From contig JAZLGS010000025.1 of the NCBI GenBank assembly GCA_045616425.1, positions 6,712 through 70,711 on the forward strand: 64,000 nucleotides of DNA, given 5' to 3'. The DNA comes from Treponema sp. (GTDB taxonomy: Bacteria; Spirochaetota; Spirochaetia; Treponematales; Treponemataceae). Below, one piece after another: positions 31,051 through 40,557 of this stretch (its first letter is position 1; each line of letters begins with the position of its first letter). The notes beneath the pieces were generated by a model. That model searched no databases. It saw only the letters and a program-made list of their open reading frames with translations, and was not told the origin of the DNA. Both the position numbers and the translations under genes were made by a program.

Positions 31051-31458
31051 TTATCCAGCCATGGAATCTTTTAAAGCCTTGAAAAAGTCAGGATGCTCTT
31101 TTTCCACGATTACAGGACGTCCTTCCATGTTCAGGAAGCAGTGCTCGGATTTTCCAAGGCCGCATACTTCGCCGTTACAAGTAAGGGTATATGCAAGGCA
31201 CAGCTTTACAGGAGAAAGTTTTTCAACCTTCACGTCAATTGATATGACGTCAGCAAAAGTCGTAGTCTTCCTGTAATTATATTCAATCCTGATTACGGGA
31301 CTTACAATCCCCTGGGTTTCAATCTTGTCAAAAGGAAAACCAATCTGGCTTAAAAAATCAACCCTGGCTTCTTCCATAAAGCGGATGTAATTTGAATGAT
31401 GGGTAATTGCCATCTTATCCGTTTCATAATAATTAACTTTGTGAATATACGGTGTCAT
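31051..31458 (-). CDS. Acyl-CoA thioesterase (YbgC/FadM family)
   Basis: YYETDKM...HHSNYIRFMEEAR. Start placed at ATG 31458 (GGAGGAG RBS). Confidence 0.92.
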   Translation of the reverse strand: MTPYIHKVNYYETDKMAITHHSNYIRFMEEARVDFLSQIGFPFDKIETQGIVSPVIRIEYNYRKTTTFADVISIDVKVEKLSPVKLCLAYTLTCNGEVCGLGKSEHCFLNMEGRPVIVEKEHPDFFKALKDSMAG

Positions 31459-31506
31459 TGTCACTCCTCCTGCGTCTTCATAAATGTCCATTTGTGCATC
31501 ATATAA

Positions 31507-31588
31507 GGACATCTCTAAAAAATACTTTTTCGAGATGCCTGCGAGTTTTTCAAAGTTACCTCAGAAAATTGCAATTTTCAAAGGTTCC
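31507..31588. repeat. Intergenic repeat family B (internally deleted copy)
   Basis: GGACATCTCTAAAAAA...GAGATGCC then TTTTCAAAGTTACCTC...AAAGGTTCC. Confidence 0.7.
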
Positions 31589-31753
31589 AAAAAAAAAGCG
31601 CTACCGTAAAACGATAACGCCTTTCTTCCGGTTATGTCCATAGCAGTTCTACAAAAATGCCGCACTGCCTTGGAAAACCGCTGCAACTACAAGCTGTCAA
31701 AGAATCATCTCAACTGCTTACCGGGTTCCGTTTCGCAAAACCCGTTCAGCAGC

Positions 31754-32851
31754 CTAGAGATTGTCGAAATATCCCTTAGCTTTAAGAAGTTCTGCATTCA
31801 GGATGCCACCGAGAGCAGCACCACGCTTTGTGTTGTGGCTCAAGGCAACAAACTTGATGTCAAATACGTTACATGGACGGAGGCGTCCGATTACACATGC
31901 CATTCCCTTTTCTGTTTCACGGTCGCGGCGTGGCTGCGGACGGTTTTCTTCATGGCGGACAACGATTGGATGTTCCGGTGCACTAGGAAGCTTCAGTTCC
32001 TGTGGAACCGATGTATAAGAAGTCCAGATTTTTTCGATTTCTTCCATACTTGGCTTCTTTTCACCAAATTCAAGGGATACACATGCCGTGTGTCCGTCAA
32101 TTACAGGAACGCGTGTACATGTTGAAGAAACGACCGGACCTGCAGCATTTTCAATCTTTCCGTCCTTTACAGTTCCCAGGATCTTAAGGCATTCTTTTTC
32201 TGTCTTTTCTTCTTCGCCGCCAATGTATGGAACTATGTTGTCAATCATGTCAAATGAAGGAACACCAGGATAACCGGCACCGGAAGTAGCCTGAAGTGTT
32301 GTTACAACCATCCTCTTGATTTCGTATCCAGCCTGAATAAGGGCATGAATCGGCATCATGTATGTCTGGAGGGAACAGTTAGGCTTAACTGCAATAAATC
32401 CCTTGTCCCAGCCGTGATGCTTCTTCTGGTCAGCAATTACATCAAGATGAGAGTAGTTGATTTCCGGAACCAGCATTGGAACATCTTCTGTCCAGCGGTT
32501 TGCAGAAGCATTGGAAACTACAGGGATTCCCTCTGCAGCATAAGCTGCTTCAAGATTCTTGATGTCTTCCTTTTTTGGAAGTTCAAGGGCAGAGAATACG
32601 AACTGACACCTGCCGATTGCCTTTTCTGCAAGATTTGCATCTTCTACCATAAGGTTCTGGACACCTGCCGGAATTTCAGCACCAATGAGCCAGCGGTTTG
32701 CAACTGCATCCTTGTAAAGCTGACCTGCTGAACGTGGAGATGCTGCAACATAAGTTACTTCAAACCAAGGATGATCTTCCAGCAACTTGATATAGCGCTG
32801 TCCTACCATTCCTGTTGCGCCTAAAACACCTACCTTTATCTTTCCTGCCAT
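31754..32851 (-). CDS. asd: Aspartate-semialdehyde dehydrogenase
   Basis: GATGMVG, PNCS catalytic Cys, QATSGAG, RVPVIDGH, HNTKRGAA. Confidence 0.97.
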   Translation of the reverse strand: MAGKIKVGVLGATGMVGQRYIKLLEDHPWFEVTYVAASPRSAGQLYKDAVANRWLIGAEIPAGVQNLMVEDANLAEKAIGRCQFVFSALELPKKEDIKNLEAAYAAEGIPVVSNASANRWTEDVPMLVPEINYSHLDVIADQKKHHGWDKGFIAVKPNCSLQTYMMPIHALIQAGYEIKRMVVTTLQATSGAGYPGVPSFDMIDNIVPYIGGEEEKTEKECLKILGTVKDGKIENAAGPVVSSTCTRVPVIDGHTACVSLEFGEKKPSMEEIEKIWTSYTSVPQELKLPSAPEHPIVVRHEENRPQPRRDRETEKGMACVIGRLRPCNVFDIKFVALSHNTKRGAALGGILNAELLKAKGYFDNL

Positions 32852-32913
32852 TTTTCATTACTCCAATTATGAATATAAAGGCACCCGTATCTTTTCAAGA
32901 TGCCTGTCACTTT

Positions 32914-33819
32914 CTAAAGATTGCATTCCTTCAATGCATCTTCAATTACTTTCTTTGCACTTTCCTTAACTTCCGCCAGTGGAAGGCGTACGCAAGGCTT
33001 GCACATTCCCCTTACACTCATGGCATATTTTATTGAGCCAGGGTTTCCATCTACGAAAGCTGCCTTAAAGAAAGGAAGGAGCCTGTAGTGGAGTTTGCGT
33101 GCAGTTTCAAAATCACCATCAAGGGCTGCATGTGTCATTTCCGTAACAAGAGCCGGTGTAAAGTTTGAAACGACACTGAACACACCGTCGCCGCCAGCAG
33201 CAGTCAGCGGAAGTGTAAGTCCGTCATCTCCGGAAATTACTGCAAAATCAGGATGCTTAGCCTTAACCTTAAGGATTACGTCCATCATCTGGTTTATGTT
33301 TCCGCTGGCTTCCTTAACACCGCAGATATTCGGAAGGTCTGCAATGCGGGCCAGGGTTGCAGTATCAATATTTACACCAGTACGTCCCTGGATATTGTAT
33401 ACGACAATAGGAATTCCCACTTTTGAAACAGCCTCAAAATGGCGGAAGATGCCTTCTGCACTCGGCTTGTTGTAATATGGTGTCACAACCAGGGCTGCAT
33501 CAGCACCAACTGCTTTTGCCCTTTCGCAATAACGTACGGCATCCCTTGTACAGTTTGAACCGGCACCAAGGACGATTTTAATTTTTTTATTTTTTGCCTT
33601 TTCAAAAGCTCTGACTTCTTCAAAAGCAATTTTAATCAGTTCATCTTCTTCATCTTCTGTCAAAGTCGGAGTTTCTGCAGTTGTTCCCAATGGAAGGATA
33701 CCGTCAATTCCACCTTCCAGCTGAGATTTGACAAGTTTACGGAACCCATCGTAATCAATCGATTCATCTTCATTCATTGGTGTGACAAGAGCAGTGAGCG
33801 CACCTCTAATAACTGTCAT
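32914..33819 (-). CDS. dapA: 4-hydroxy-tetrahydrodipicolinate synthase
   Basis: GTTAE, VTPYYNKP, YNIQGRTG, GVKEAS, SGDD. Confidence 0.97.
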   Translation of the reverse strand: MTVIRGALTALVTPMNEDESIDYDGFRKLVKSQLEGGIDGILPLGTTAETPTLTEDEEDELIKIAFEEVRAFEKAKNKKIKIVLGAGSNCTRDAVRYCERAKAVGADAALVVTPYYNKPSAEGIFRHFEAVSKVGIPIVVYNIQGRTGVNIDTATLARIADLPNICGVKEASGNINQMMDVILKVKAKHPDFAVISGDDGLTLPLTAAGGDGVFSVVSNFTPALVTEMTHAALDGDFETARKLHYRLLPFFKAAFVDGNPGSIKYAMSVRGMCKPCVRLPLAEVKESAKKVIEDALKECNL

Positions 33820-34031
33820 AATCAGACTCCTTTTTTATATGATACTTACCGAAATACTAATTCCGGAAAGTTTTATCCATTATTTCATTTTCACAAAAAA
33901 CATTCAATATATTTGAAGATTTTTGAAGTACAGCTTTTATTTCCACAGTAAACCTTTTACTTGGAAAACAGGCATTTAAGGACATAATGAAAATTGCAAT
34001 TTTCAGCAGTTCCCATTAATATAATGGAATC

Positions 34032-34931
34032 ATGGCATATACACTGAAAAATAATTTATTAAAAGTAGAAATTGAACTTCCGGGTGAAAAATACACAGGA
34101 AGCCGCTTTGACTGGAACGGAACCGTAATCCAGATTTACTACAAAGGAATTCCGGTGCTTTCAGAAGAAAAACTCCCTGAATTCAGGAATCCTGCCATTT
34201 TCGGAAGGGGACTCCACAACGAATTCGGCATAAAAGACTGCATTGGTTATGACGAAGTTCCCGAAGGCGGATTCTTCCCGAAAATCGGTACCGGATGGCT
34301 CCGGAAAGACTCAAAGCCGTATTTCTTCTTTACCCAGTATGAACTGGAAAAACTTGACTTTAAGTCAGAAGCCAGTGAATCAAAGGCAGTCTTTGAATGT
34401 GATTCAGGGATAAGGAACGGATACGGGTACCATTACACAAAGACTTTTTCCATAAAAGAAAACAGGCTCACCATTGATTACAGGCTGGAAAACACCGGTA
34501 CGAAGACGCTTTCCACAACAGAATACGTGCACAATTTCCTTCAGCCGGGACAGCACAAAACCGGTCCCCACCTGAAAATTGAACTTCCATGGAAATTTGA
34601 TCCGGCAAAGCTTGCAGAAAATGTAAACACAGACGGAATCCTTGAACTTAAGGACGGAGGCATCGGAATTACAGCAGTTCCTGATAAGGAATTCTTCCTT
34701 GGAGGAATCTGGCAGGCACGGAAAGACGGATTTGAAGGAACAAAAGCCAGCTGGACCGTAAAAGACACAAAAGACGGATTCCAGTTTTCAGAAACAGATT
34801 CATTTACGGCAACAGGAAGCGACATGTGGGGACATGAAGGAGCCTTAAGCCCTGAACTTTTTACCACATTCACTGCAAAGCCAGGTGAAACCGTAAGCTG
34901 GCAGCGGGAATACACTTTCGCCGACCTCTGA
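34032..34931 (+). CDS. Hypothetical protein, possibly galactose-mutarotase-like beta-sandwich
   Basis: 299-aa beta-rich ORF with normal codon use; YHYTKTFSI...IDYRLENTG...EYVHNF resembles the aldose-epimerase superfamily. Confidence 0.6.
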   Translation: MAYTLKNNLLKVEIELPGEKYTGSRFDWNGTVIQIYYKGIPVLSEEKLPEFRNPAIFGRGLHNEFGIKDCIGYDEVPEGGFFPKIGTGWLRKDSKPYFFFTQYELEKLDFKSEASESKAVFECDSGIRNGYGYHYTKTFSIKENRLTIDYRLENTGTKTLSTTEYVHNFLQPGQHKTGPHLKIELPWKFDPAKLAENVNTDGILELKDGGIGITAVPDKEFFLGGIWQARKDGFEGTKASWTVKDTKDGFQFSETDSFTATGSDMWGHEGALSPELFTTFTAKPGETVSWQREYTFADL

Positions 34932-34965
34932 AGAAAGTAAGCAAAAGGTAATATGGGAGGAAGTT

Positions 34966-35751
34966 TTGGATAACACAGTAAGTACCATACTGATTCTTGC
35001 AGTTCCGTTTGCAGGAACCGCATTAGGAGCTGCCTGCGTCTTCTTTATGAAAAACGAAATGAAGGCCGGGCTGCAGAAAACCCTTCTTGGATTTGCTTCC
35101 GGAGTAATGGTGGCAGCCTCAGTATGGTCGCTCATCATTCCATCCATTGAAAGATCCTCCCACATGGGACGGCTTGCATTCATTCCGGCAGCCATAGGAA
35201 TTGCACTTGGAATGGGCTTCCTGTTCCTGCTGGATAAAATCATTCCCCACCTGCATTTAAATGCCGGAACAGCCGATGGACCAAAAAGCCAGCTGCAGAA
35301 AACCGCAATGCTGGTACTGGCTGTCACGCTCCACAACATCCCGGAAGGAATGGCTGTAGGAGTCGCAGCAGCCGGATTTTTACAAAACGGCACAATCCCG
35401 CTTGCCGCCGCCATATCCCTTTCAATAGGAATCGCCATACAGAATTTCCCGGAAGGTGCCATCATTTCCCTTCCATTGAAGTCTTCCGGCGGATCAAAAG
35501 CAAAGGCATTTTCATACGGCATGCTGTCCGGCATCGTTGAACCTGCCGCAGCATTCATCACGATACTTCTTTCGCGGCTTCTGGTACCTGTACTACCCTA
35601 TCTGCTTTCATTCGCAGCAGGAGCAATGCTTTTTGTCGTAGTAGAAGAACTTATCCCGGAAGCCTCTGAAGGTGAACATTCCAACGCAGGAAGTGCGGGA
35701 TTCGGGCTAGGCTTCATTGTCATGATGATTCTTGACGTGGCTCTTGGTTAA
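34966..35751 (+). CDS. ZIP family metal transporter
   Basis: AVTLHNIPEG, IAIQNFPEG, VEELIPE; TTG start after GGAGG. Confidence 0.94.
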   Translation: MDNTVSTILILAVPFAGTALGAACVFFMKNEMKAGLQKTLLGFASGVMVAASVWSLIIPSIERSSHMGRLAFIPAAIGIALGMGFLFLLDKIIPHLHLNAGTADGPKSQLQKTAMLVLAVTLHNIPEGMAVGVAAAGFLQNGTIPLAAAISLSIGIAIQNFPEGAIISLPLKSSGGSKAKAFSYGMLSGIVEPAAAFITILLSRLLVPVLPYLLSFAAGAMLFVVVEELIPEASEGEHSNAGSAGFGLGFIVMMILDVALG

Positions 35752-35838
35752 GTTAAAAGGAAATAAAAAAAATCCCCTGCACAGCTCAAAGGCACACAGG
35801 GGAATCTTTATCAGGCATATAAAATACAGAAATACTTA

Positions 35839-35911
35839 CGGTCCCTACGGGAGTCGAACCCGTCTTTAGAGATTGAGAATCTCTCGTCCTAAACCGATAG
35901 ACGAAGGGACC
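35839..35911 (-). tRNA. tRNA-Glu(CTC)
   Basis: Acceptor stem GGTCCCT/AGGGACC, anticodon arm AGAGA-TTCTCAA-TCTCT, T-loop GGTTCGACTC; no encoded CCA. Confidence 0.95.
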
Positions 35912-35951
35912 AGAAAAAACAAAAGCTGACCAATCAGTCAGCTTTCTTTAT

Positions 35952-36022
35952 TTCCCCAAGGAGGATTCGAACCCCCACAATCAGAACCAGAATCTGAGGT
36001 GCTACCATTACACAATCGGGGA
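35952..36022 (-). tRNA. tRNA-Gln(CTG)
   Basis: Acceptor stem TCCCCGA/TTGGGGA, anticodon arm TCAGA-TTCTGGT-TCTGA, GGTTCGAATCC. Confidence 0.95.
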
Positions 36023-36203
36023 ATGGCTTATGTTTATAATATATAGAACTGCTGTTTTTTTGTCAATAACAGAAAGGCAAAAATTTAAAAAAATCTTTAT
36101 TTTTTTTCCGCCGCCAGGACCCGTTTTTCAATGTTTTCTTTAACGATACTTTTTGCAGACTATGCTTTTTTTTCATAGAACACCGGTCTTTGCAATACCT
36201 AAA

Positions 36204-36232
36204 TTGACAACCGCATAATTTACAGACATAAT
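36204..36232 (+). promoter_or_regulatory. Sigma70 promoter of rsgA-mutS2 (probably leaderless)
   Basis: TTGACA-17bp-CATAAT ending 6 nt before the ATG at 36239; no SD. Confidence 0.7.
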
Positions 36233-36238
36233 TAAAGA

Positions 36239-37201
36239 ATGCATGGAATCGTACTGGCAGGAACCAACAATTTTTTTGAAGTTGAATGTAGCGACGGAAC
36301 CACCCGCACCTGCTCAATCAAAGGAAAGAAAATCAAGACAGACCGGGAATACTACAATCCCCTTGCCCCCGGTGATGAAGTAGAAATCGAAGGTGATCCG
36401 CTTAATGAAGAAAAGGGACAGATTACGGAACTCCTTCCACGGAAAAATACATTCCTCCGCTGGAATGTAAAGGGCCGTGCACCGCAGCTTCTTGCCTCAA
36501 ACCTTGACTACCTCATTCTGGTAACGACTCCGGACGAACCTCCGTTCAGGCCCCGTTTCATCGACAGGGAACTGATTCAGGCTGACTACCAGGATATTGA
36601 ACCGGTAATAGTCGTAAATAAATATGACCTGCCTGCCGCCCAGGATCCTGACTTTCAGGAACGGCTTACCACATGGGAAGATCTGGGATATAAGGTACTG
36701 CGCATTTCAGCAAAGACAGGCGAAGGCCTCATGGATTTTGCAGAACTTCTGGAAAATAAGAAAAGTGCATTCGTGGGACAATCCGGTGTCGGAAAATCAA
36801 GCCTTGTAAACGTACTTGACAATTCATGCATTTTAAAAACAGGAAGCCTCTCCAAGAAATACGGAAGAGGCCAGCACACTACAACAAAAGGAACACTGCT
36901 GCACCTCCAGCTGAATGAATCGCTGACAGGCGGAATAAAGGGCAGGACGGCTTCAATAATCGACACGCCGGGAATACGCCGTTTCATGCTTGACGAAATA
37001 CCATGGAAAGACGTTGCACTTTACTTCAGGGAATTCAAGCCGCTCATAGGCCAGTGCACATTCGGAATGTCATGCACCCATACCGGTGAACCGGGATGCA
37101 AGATTCTGGAAGCCGTCTATTCAGGAAAGATTACGGAGGACCGCTACGAAAGCTGGCAGCGCATTTCTGAAGAAATCAGGACAGGAAACTGGAAAGACTG
37201 A
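36239..37201 (+). CDS. rsgA: Ribosome small subunit-dependent GTPase
   Basis: Circularly permuted GTPase order NKYD, GQSGVGKS, HTT, DTPG; C-terminal CxFxxxCxHxxEPGC. Confidence 0.97.
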   Translation: MHGIVLAGTNNFFEVECSDGTTRTCSIKGKKIKTDREYYNPLAPGDEVEIEGDPLNEEKGQITELLPRKNTFLRWNVKGRAPQLLASNLDYLILVTTPDEPPFRPRFIDRELIQADYQDIEPVIVVNKYDLPAAQDPDFQERLTTWEDLGYKVLRISAKTGEGLMDFAELLENKKSAFVGQSGVGKSSLVNVLDNSCILKTGSLSKKYGRGQHTTTKGTLLHLQLNESLTGGIKGRTASIIDTPGIRRFMLDEIPWKDVALYFREFKPLIGQCTFGMSCTHTGEPGCKILEAVYSGKITEDRYESWQRISEEIRTGNWKD

Positions 37202-37228
37202 CGCAGGTGTTTTCATGGGAAGGATTTT

Positions 37229-39793
37229 ATGAACAGAAAGACACTTTCTGAACTTGACTATTACAGGATACGGGATTCAATAGCAGAATATTGTGTCAGT
37301 CAGGAAGGAAAAGAAAAGTTTTTACAGAGGGAGCCATATTCAGACTTCAGGGATTACGACAGGCTCAAGAAGACAAGCCGGGAATGGACGGCATGTTTCA
37401 ATTCACAGAAAAACATTTCACTCCACGGATTTGATCCGGTAAAGAAACTTTTTTCAATCATCAGGACAGAAGGGGCAACACTTACAGCATCACAAGCTTA
37501 CGCATTGGGAATTTTCTGCAACGTACAAAAGGATGTTTCTGCTGCCATACATTCAGCAAAGACAGAACTGAACTTGAAAAGGCTCGTACAGCATGTAGAA
37601 AAACTTCCTGACCTGAGCGGTGCTTCTGACGAGATATTCCGCATAATCGATGCATCCGGGGAACTGCGGGACCTGCCGGAAATAAGGGAAATAAAAAGGA
37701 ACATTGCAGCCATAAGGCGTGACATTGAAAGTACAATCAAAAAATACGCTTCAGACTCTTCCCTTTCCACTGCACTGGAATCATCAATTCCGGTATTGAA
37801 GGCTGACAGGCAGGTTCTTGCCGTAAAATCAAGCCAGAGGAGCCGCATAAAGGGAATCATCCACGAAGTTTCCCAGAGCGGACACACCGTCTTCATTGAA
37901 CCGGAAGAAATAGTACGGCGCAACAATGACCTTATCCAGGAAGAATTCAAGCTTGAACAGGCAGTGCGCAAGGTATTTACGGAACTTACTGCCAGACTAG
38001 CGCCTTATGCAGACGCATTTGAGGAATCCCATCCGGAAATGATAATGATGGACATGACGCAAGCCGTCGCCAGATGGGGCATGGAAAACAACTGCACCTA
38101 TGCCCTTTCCTGTGGTGACGAAAAGCAGGGATCCACTTTTGAAACAGTTGACCCTCCCCTGCTCCTTCAGGCAAGGCATCCGCTTTTAAAAGAACGGGCA
38201 GTTCCGGTTGACGTGCACTTCATAAGCGGAAAAAGAATCCTCATAATCACAGGGCCGAACACAGGCGGCAAGACCGTCACATTAAAGACAATCGCACTTT
38301 TTGCCATGCTGAACCAGTCAGGTTTCCCGGTACCAGCCGCAGAAGGAACAAGGCTTCCATGCTTTGACAGTGTATTTGCAGACATAGGTGATGAACAGTC
38401 CCTGGACGAAAGCCTTTCCACATTCAGCGGCCACATGAAGAACATTGCAACCGCATTGAAGGGTGCAGGCAAAAAAAGCCTGGTACTCCTTGACGAACTT
38501 GGAAGCGGCACAGACCCGCAGGAAGGTTCTGCAATTGCAATGGCAGCATTGGACGAACTCATAGAAAAAGGTTCATTCGTACTTGTAACCACCCATCACG
38601 GAATCCTCAAGAATTACGGCTACACCCACCCGGCCTGTATAAACGCCAGCGTTGAATTTGACGGAAACACACTGCGCCCTACGTACAGACTCATGATGGG
38701 AATTCCTGGAGAAAGCCATGCACTGGACATTGCAAAGCGCTCCGGACTTCCAGATGCAATCGTAGAAAAGGCAAAGAATTACATTGCAACTGAACAGGCC
38801 GACATTTCTTCACTCATCAAAGGATTGAACCAGAAACATTCAGAACTGGATAAAATGCTCAGGGAATACCAGAAGAAAGATGAAGAAATCGAAGAAAGGA
38901 TACTGCGGAACAAGCAGCATGAGATAAACATCCGCCAGCGTGAGCACGACCTGAAAGTCATGGAAAACAAAAAGGAAAGCCATTTCCTTTACGAAACCCG
39001 CAAAAAGCTTGAAAACCTGGTACGCACATTGAAAGAAGGCGAAATCACCCGGGAAAAGACACTGGAAGTAAAAGGATTCATTTCAAATCTTGCTGAATCA
39101 GTGGAAAAACACGAAAAGAACCTTGATGCAGAAGAAAGGAACCTGGAACAGGATGCGGAAAAACTTCAGGCCAAGGTAAACAGCCACAAGAGCAACAAGA
39201 AGACAAAGAAACGGATAAAACTTGCAGACGCACTGCTTACAGCCACACCGATGGAAGTGCCGGAAAATTTCAAGAAAAAACAGCAGGAATCCATTCCACT
39301 GAAATTTGAAGCCGGAGCAAAAGTCATTGCAAAATCATCAAAAATGGAAGGCACATTACTCCGGGAAGAAAAGAAGGGAATGTGGAGTGTCCAGTTCGGT
39401 TCGTTGAAAATGACGGTAAAGGAAAAAGACCTGAAACTCGTGGGTGCACCTGAAAATGTAATGACCGCCGATGTTTCCTATGACCTTGTTTCAGACCGGG
39501 AGAATAAAAACAACTTCGTCCAGTACGATGCATTTCCAGACAACAAGCCTGTATTTGAACTGCGGCTCCTGGGCATGCGGTGCGATGAAGGAATACGCCT
39601 GCTTGAACGGCAGCTGGACCTTTGCGTAATCCATAATTTCCACGAATTCAGCGTAATACACGGAAAAGGAACAGGGGCACTGCAGCAGGCCGTACAGGAC
39701 TACCTTTCCCACTATCCGGGCGTAACGGACTTCCAGTTTGCACCGCCGGAAGACGGAGGCAGCGGAAAGACCTACGTAAAAATGCAGCTGTAG
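37229..39793 (+). CDS. mutS2: Endonuclease MutS2
   Basis: TGPNTGGKT, DELGSGTDP, TTHH, coiled coil, C-terminal Smr domain (IHGKGTG). Confidence 0.96.
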   Translation: MNRKTLSELDYYRIRDSIAEYCVSQEGKEKFLQREPYSDFRDYDRLKKTSREWTACFNSQKNISLHGFDPVKKLFSIIRTEGATLTASQAYALGIFCNVQKDVSAAIHSAKTELNLKRLVQHVEKLPDLSGASDEIFRIIDASGELRDLPEIREIKRNIAAIRRDIESTIKKYASDSSLSTALESSIPVLKADRQVLAVKSSQRSRIKGIIHEVSQSGHTVFIEPEEIVRRNNDLIQEEFKLEQAVRKVFTELTARLAPYADAFEESHPEMIMMDMTQAVARWGMENNCTYALSCGDEKQGSTFETVDPPLLLQARHPLLKERAVPVDVHFISGKRILIITGPNTGGKTVTLKTIALFAMLNQSGFPVPAAEGTRLPCFDSVFADIGDEQSLDESLSTFSGHMKNIATALKGAGKKSLVLLDELGSGTDPQEGSAIAMAALDELIEKGSFVLVTTHHGILKNYGYTHPACINASVEFDGNTLRPTYRLMMGIPGESHALDIAKRSGLPDAIVEKAKNYIATEQADISSLIKGLNQKHSELDKMLREYQKKDEEIEERILRNKQHEINIRQREHDLKVMENKKESHFLYETRKKLENLVRTLKEGEITREKTLEVKGFISNLAESVEKHEKNLDAEERNLEQDAEKLQAKVNSHKSNKKTKKRIKLADALLTATPMEVPENFKKKQQESIPLKFEAGAKVIAKSSKMEGTLLREEKKGMWSVQFGSLKMTVKEKDLKLVGAPENVMTADVSYDLVSDRENKNNFVQYDAFPDNKPVFELRLLGMRCDEGIRLLERQLDLCVIHNFHEFSVIHGKGTGALQQAVQDYLSHYPGVTDFQFAPPEDGGSGKTYVKMQL

Positions 39794-39834
39794 TATTTCC
39801 TCCATTCAGAAAAAAATACCGTTCCCGCCATTCA

Positions 39835-39887
39835 TTGACAAGAACGGTATTTTTATTCATTATGTATACATAAATATGCATAATGAA
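39835..39887 (+). promoter_or_regulatory. argR promoter with palindromic ARG-box-like operator
   Basis: TTGACA-17-CATTAT overlapped by TTCATTATG-N14-CATAATGAA; TACATAAATATGCA resembles the ARG-box core. Confidence 0.55.
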
Positions 39888-39904
39888 AATCTGGAGAAAG
39901 CAGA

Positions 39905-40375
39905 ATGAAAGAACGTATATCCCGGCTTAAGGCAATACGGAAACTGATAAAAACCACAAGAATTGAAAGTCAGGAAGAGCTGCTGGGACTTCTGAACAAC
40001 GAAGGCTTTGAAGTTACGCAGGCAACACTTTCCAGAGATCTGAAACTCCTTAAGGTAGGAAAAATTGCAGACGGCCGTGATGGATATGTATACACGCTTC
40101 CTACAGAAGAAGAAAGACAGGAAAGTGAGCACATCTTCATTCAGGATTTTCTCCGGGGCTACATAAGCATAGAAACCAGCGGGAACATCGTAGTGATAAA
40201 GACATTTCCCGGACACGCAAACCCCGTGTGCAATGCCCTTGACAACATGAATTTTGACGAAATCCTTGGCACCGTTGCAGGAGACAACTGCCTTTTTGCA
40301 TGCCTCAGGGAAGGCGTTTCCGGAGAACAGTTCCTGCAGATATTGAAAAAACACATCCCGGAACTGGAAGAATGA
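39905..40375 (+). CDS. argR: Arginine repressor
   Basis: SQEEL, VTQATLSRD, GTVAGDN. Confidence 0.96.
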   Translation: MKERISRLKAIRKLIKTTRIESQEELLGLLNNEGFEVTQATLSRDLKLLKVGKIADGRDGYVYTLPTEEERQESEHIFIQDFLRGYISIETSGNIVVIKTFPGHANPVCNALDNMNFDEILGTVAGDNCLFACLREGVSGEQFLQILKKHIPELEE

Positions 40376-40557
40376 CGGCTTCGGATGCAGAAAATGCAGG
40401 ATGCTTTTTGCATCCGAGTATCAGCCCCGTCGGCACGAATAACAGAGGTTCATAAAAACTTCACTTTTCATGTAACGGCAAAATATGTTATATTACATCG
40501 GGAACAATGGCATTTCTTATGCAGATGCCAAAAAAATAAATTTTAAGAGGCACAACA

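Noticed and set aside
33820-34031. Lysine riboswitch upstream of dapA (or lysA)
   Set aside because: AT-rich spacers with no L-box consensus or multi-stem architecture
35752-36238. tRNA-anchored genomic island
   Set aside because: No integrase, no duplicated tRNA 3' end, and both flanks are housekeeping genes
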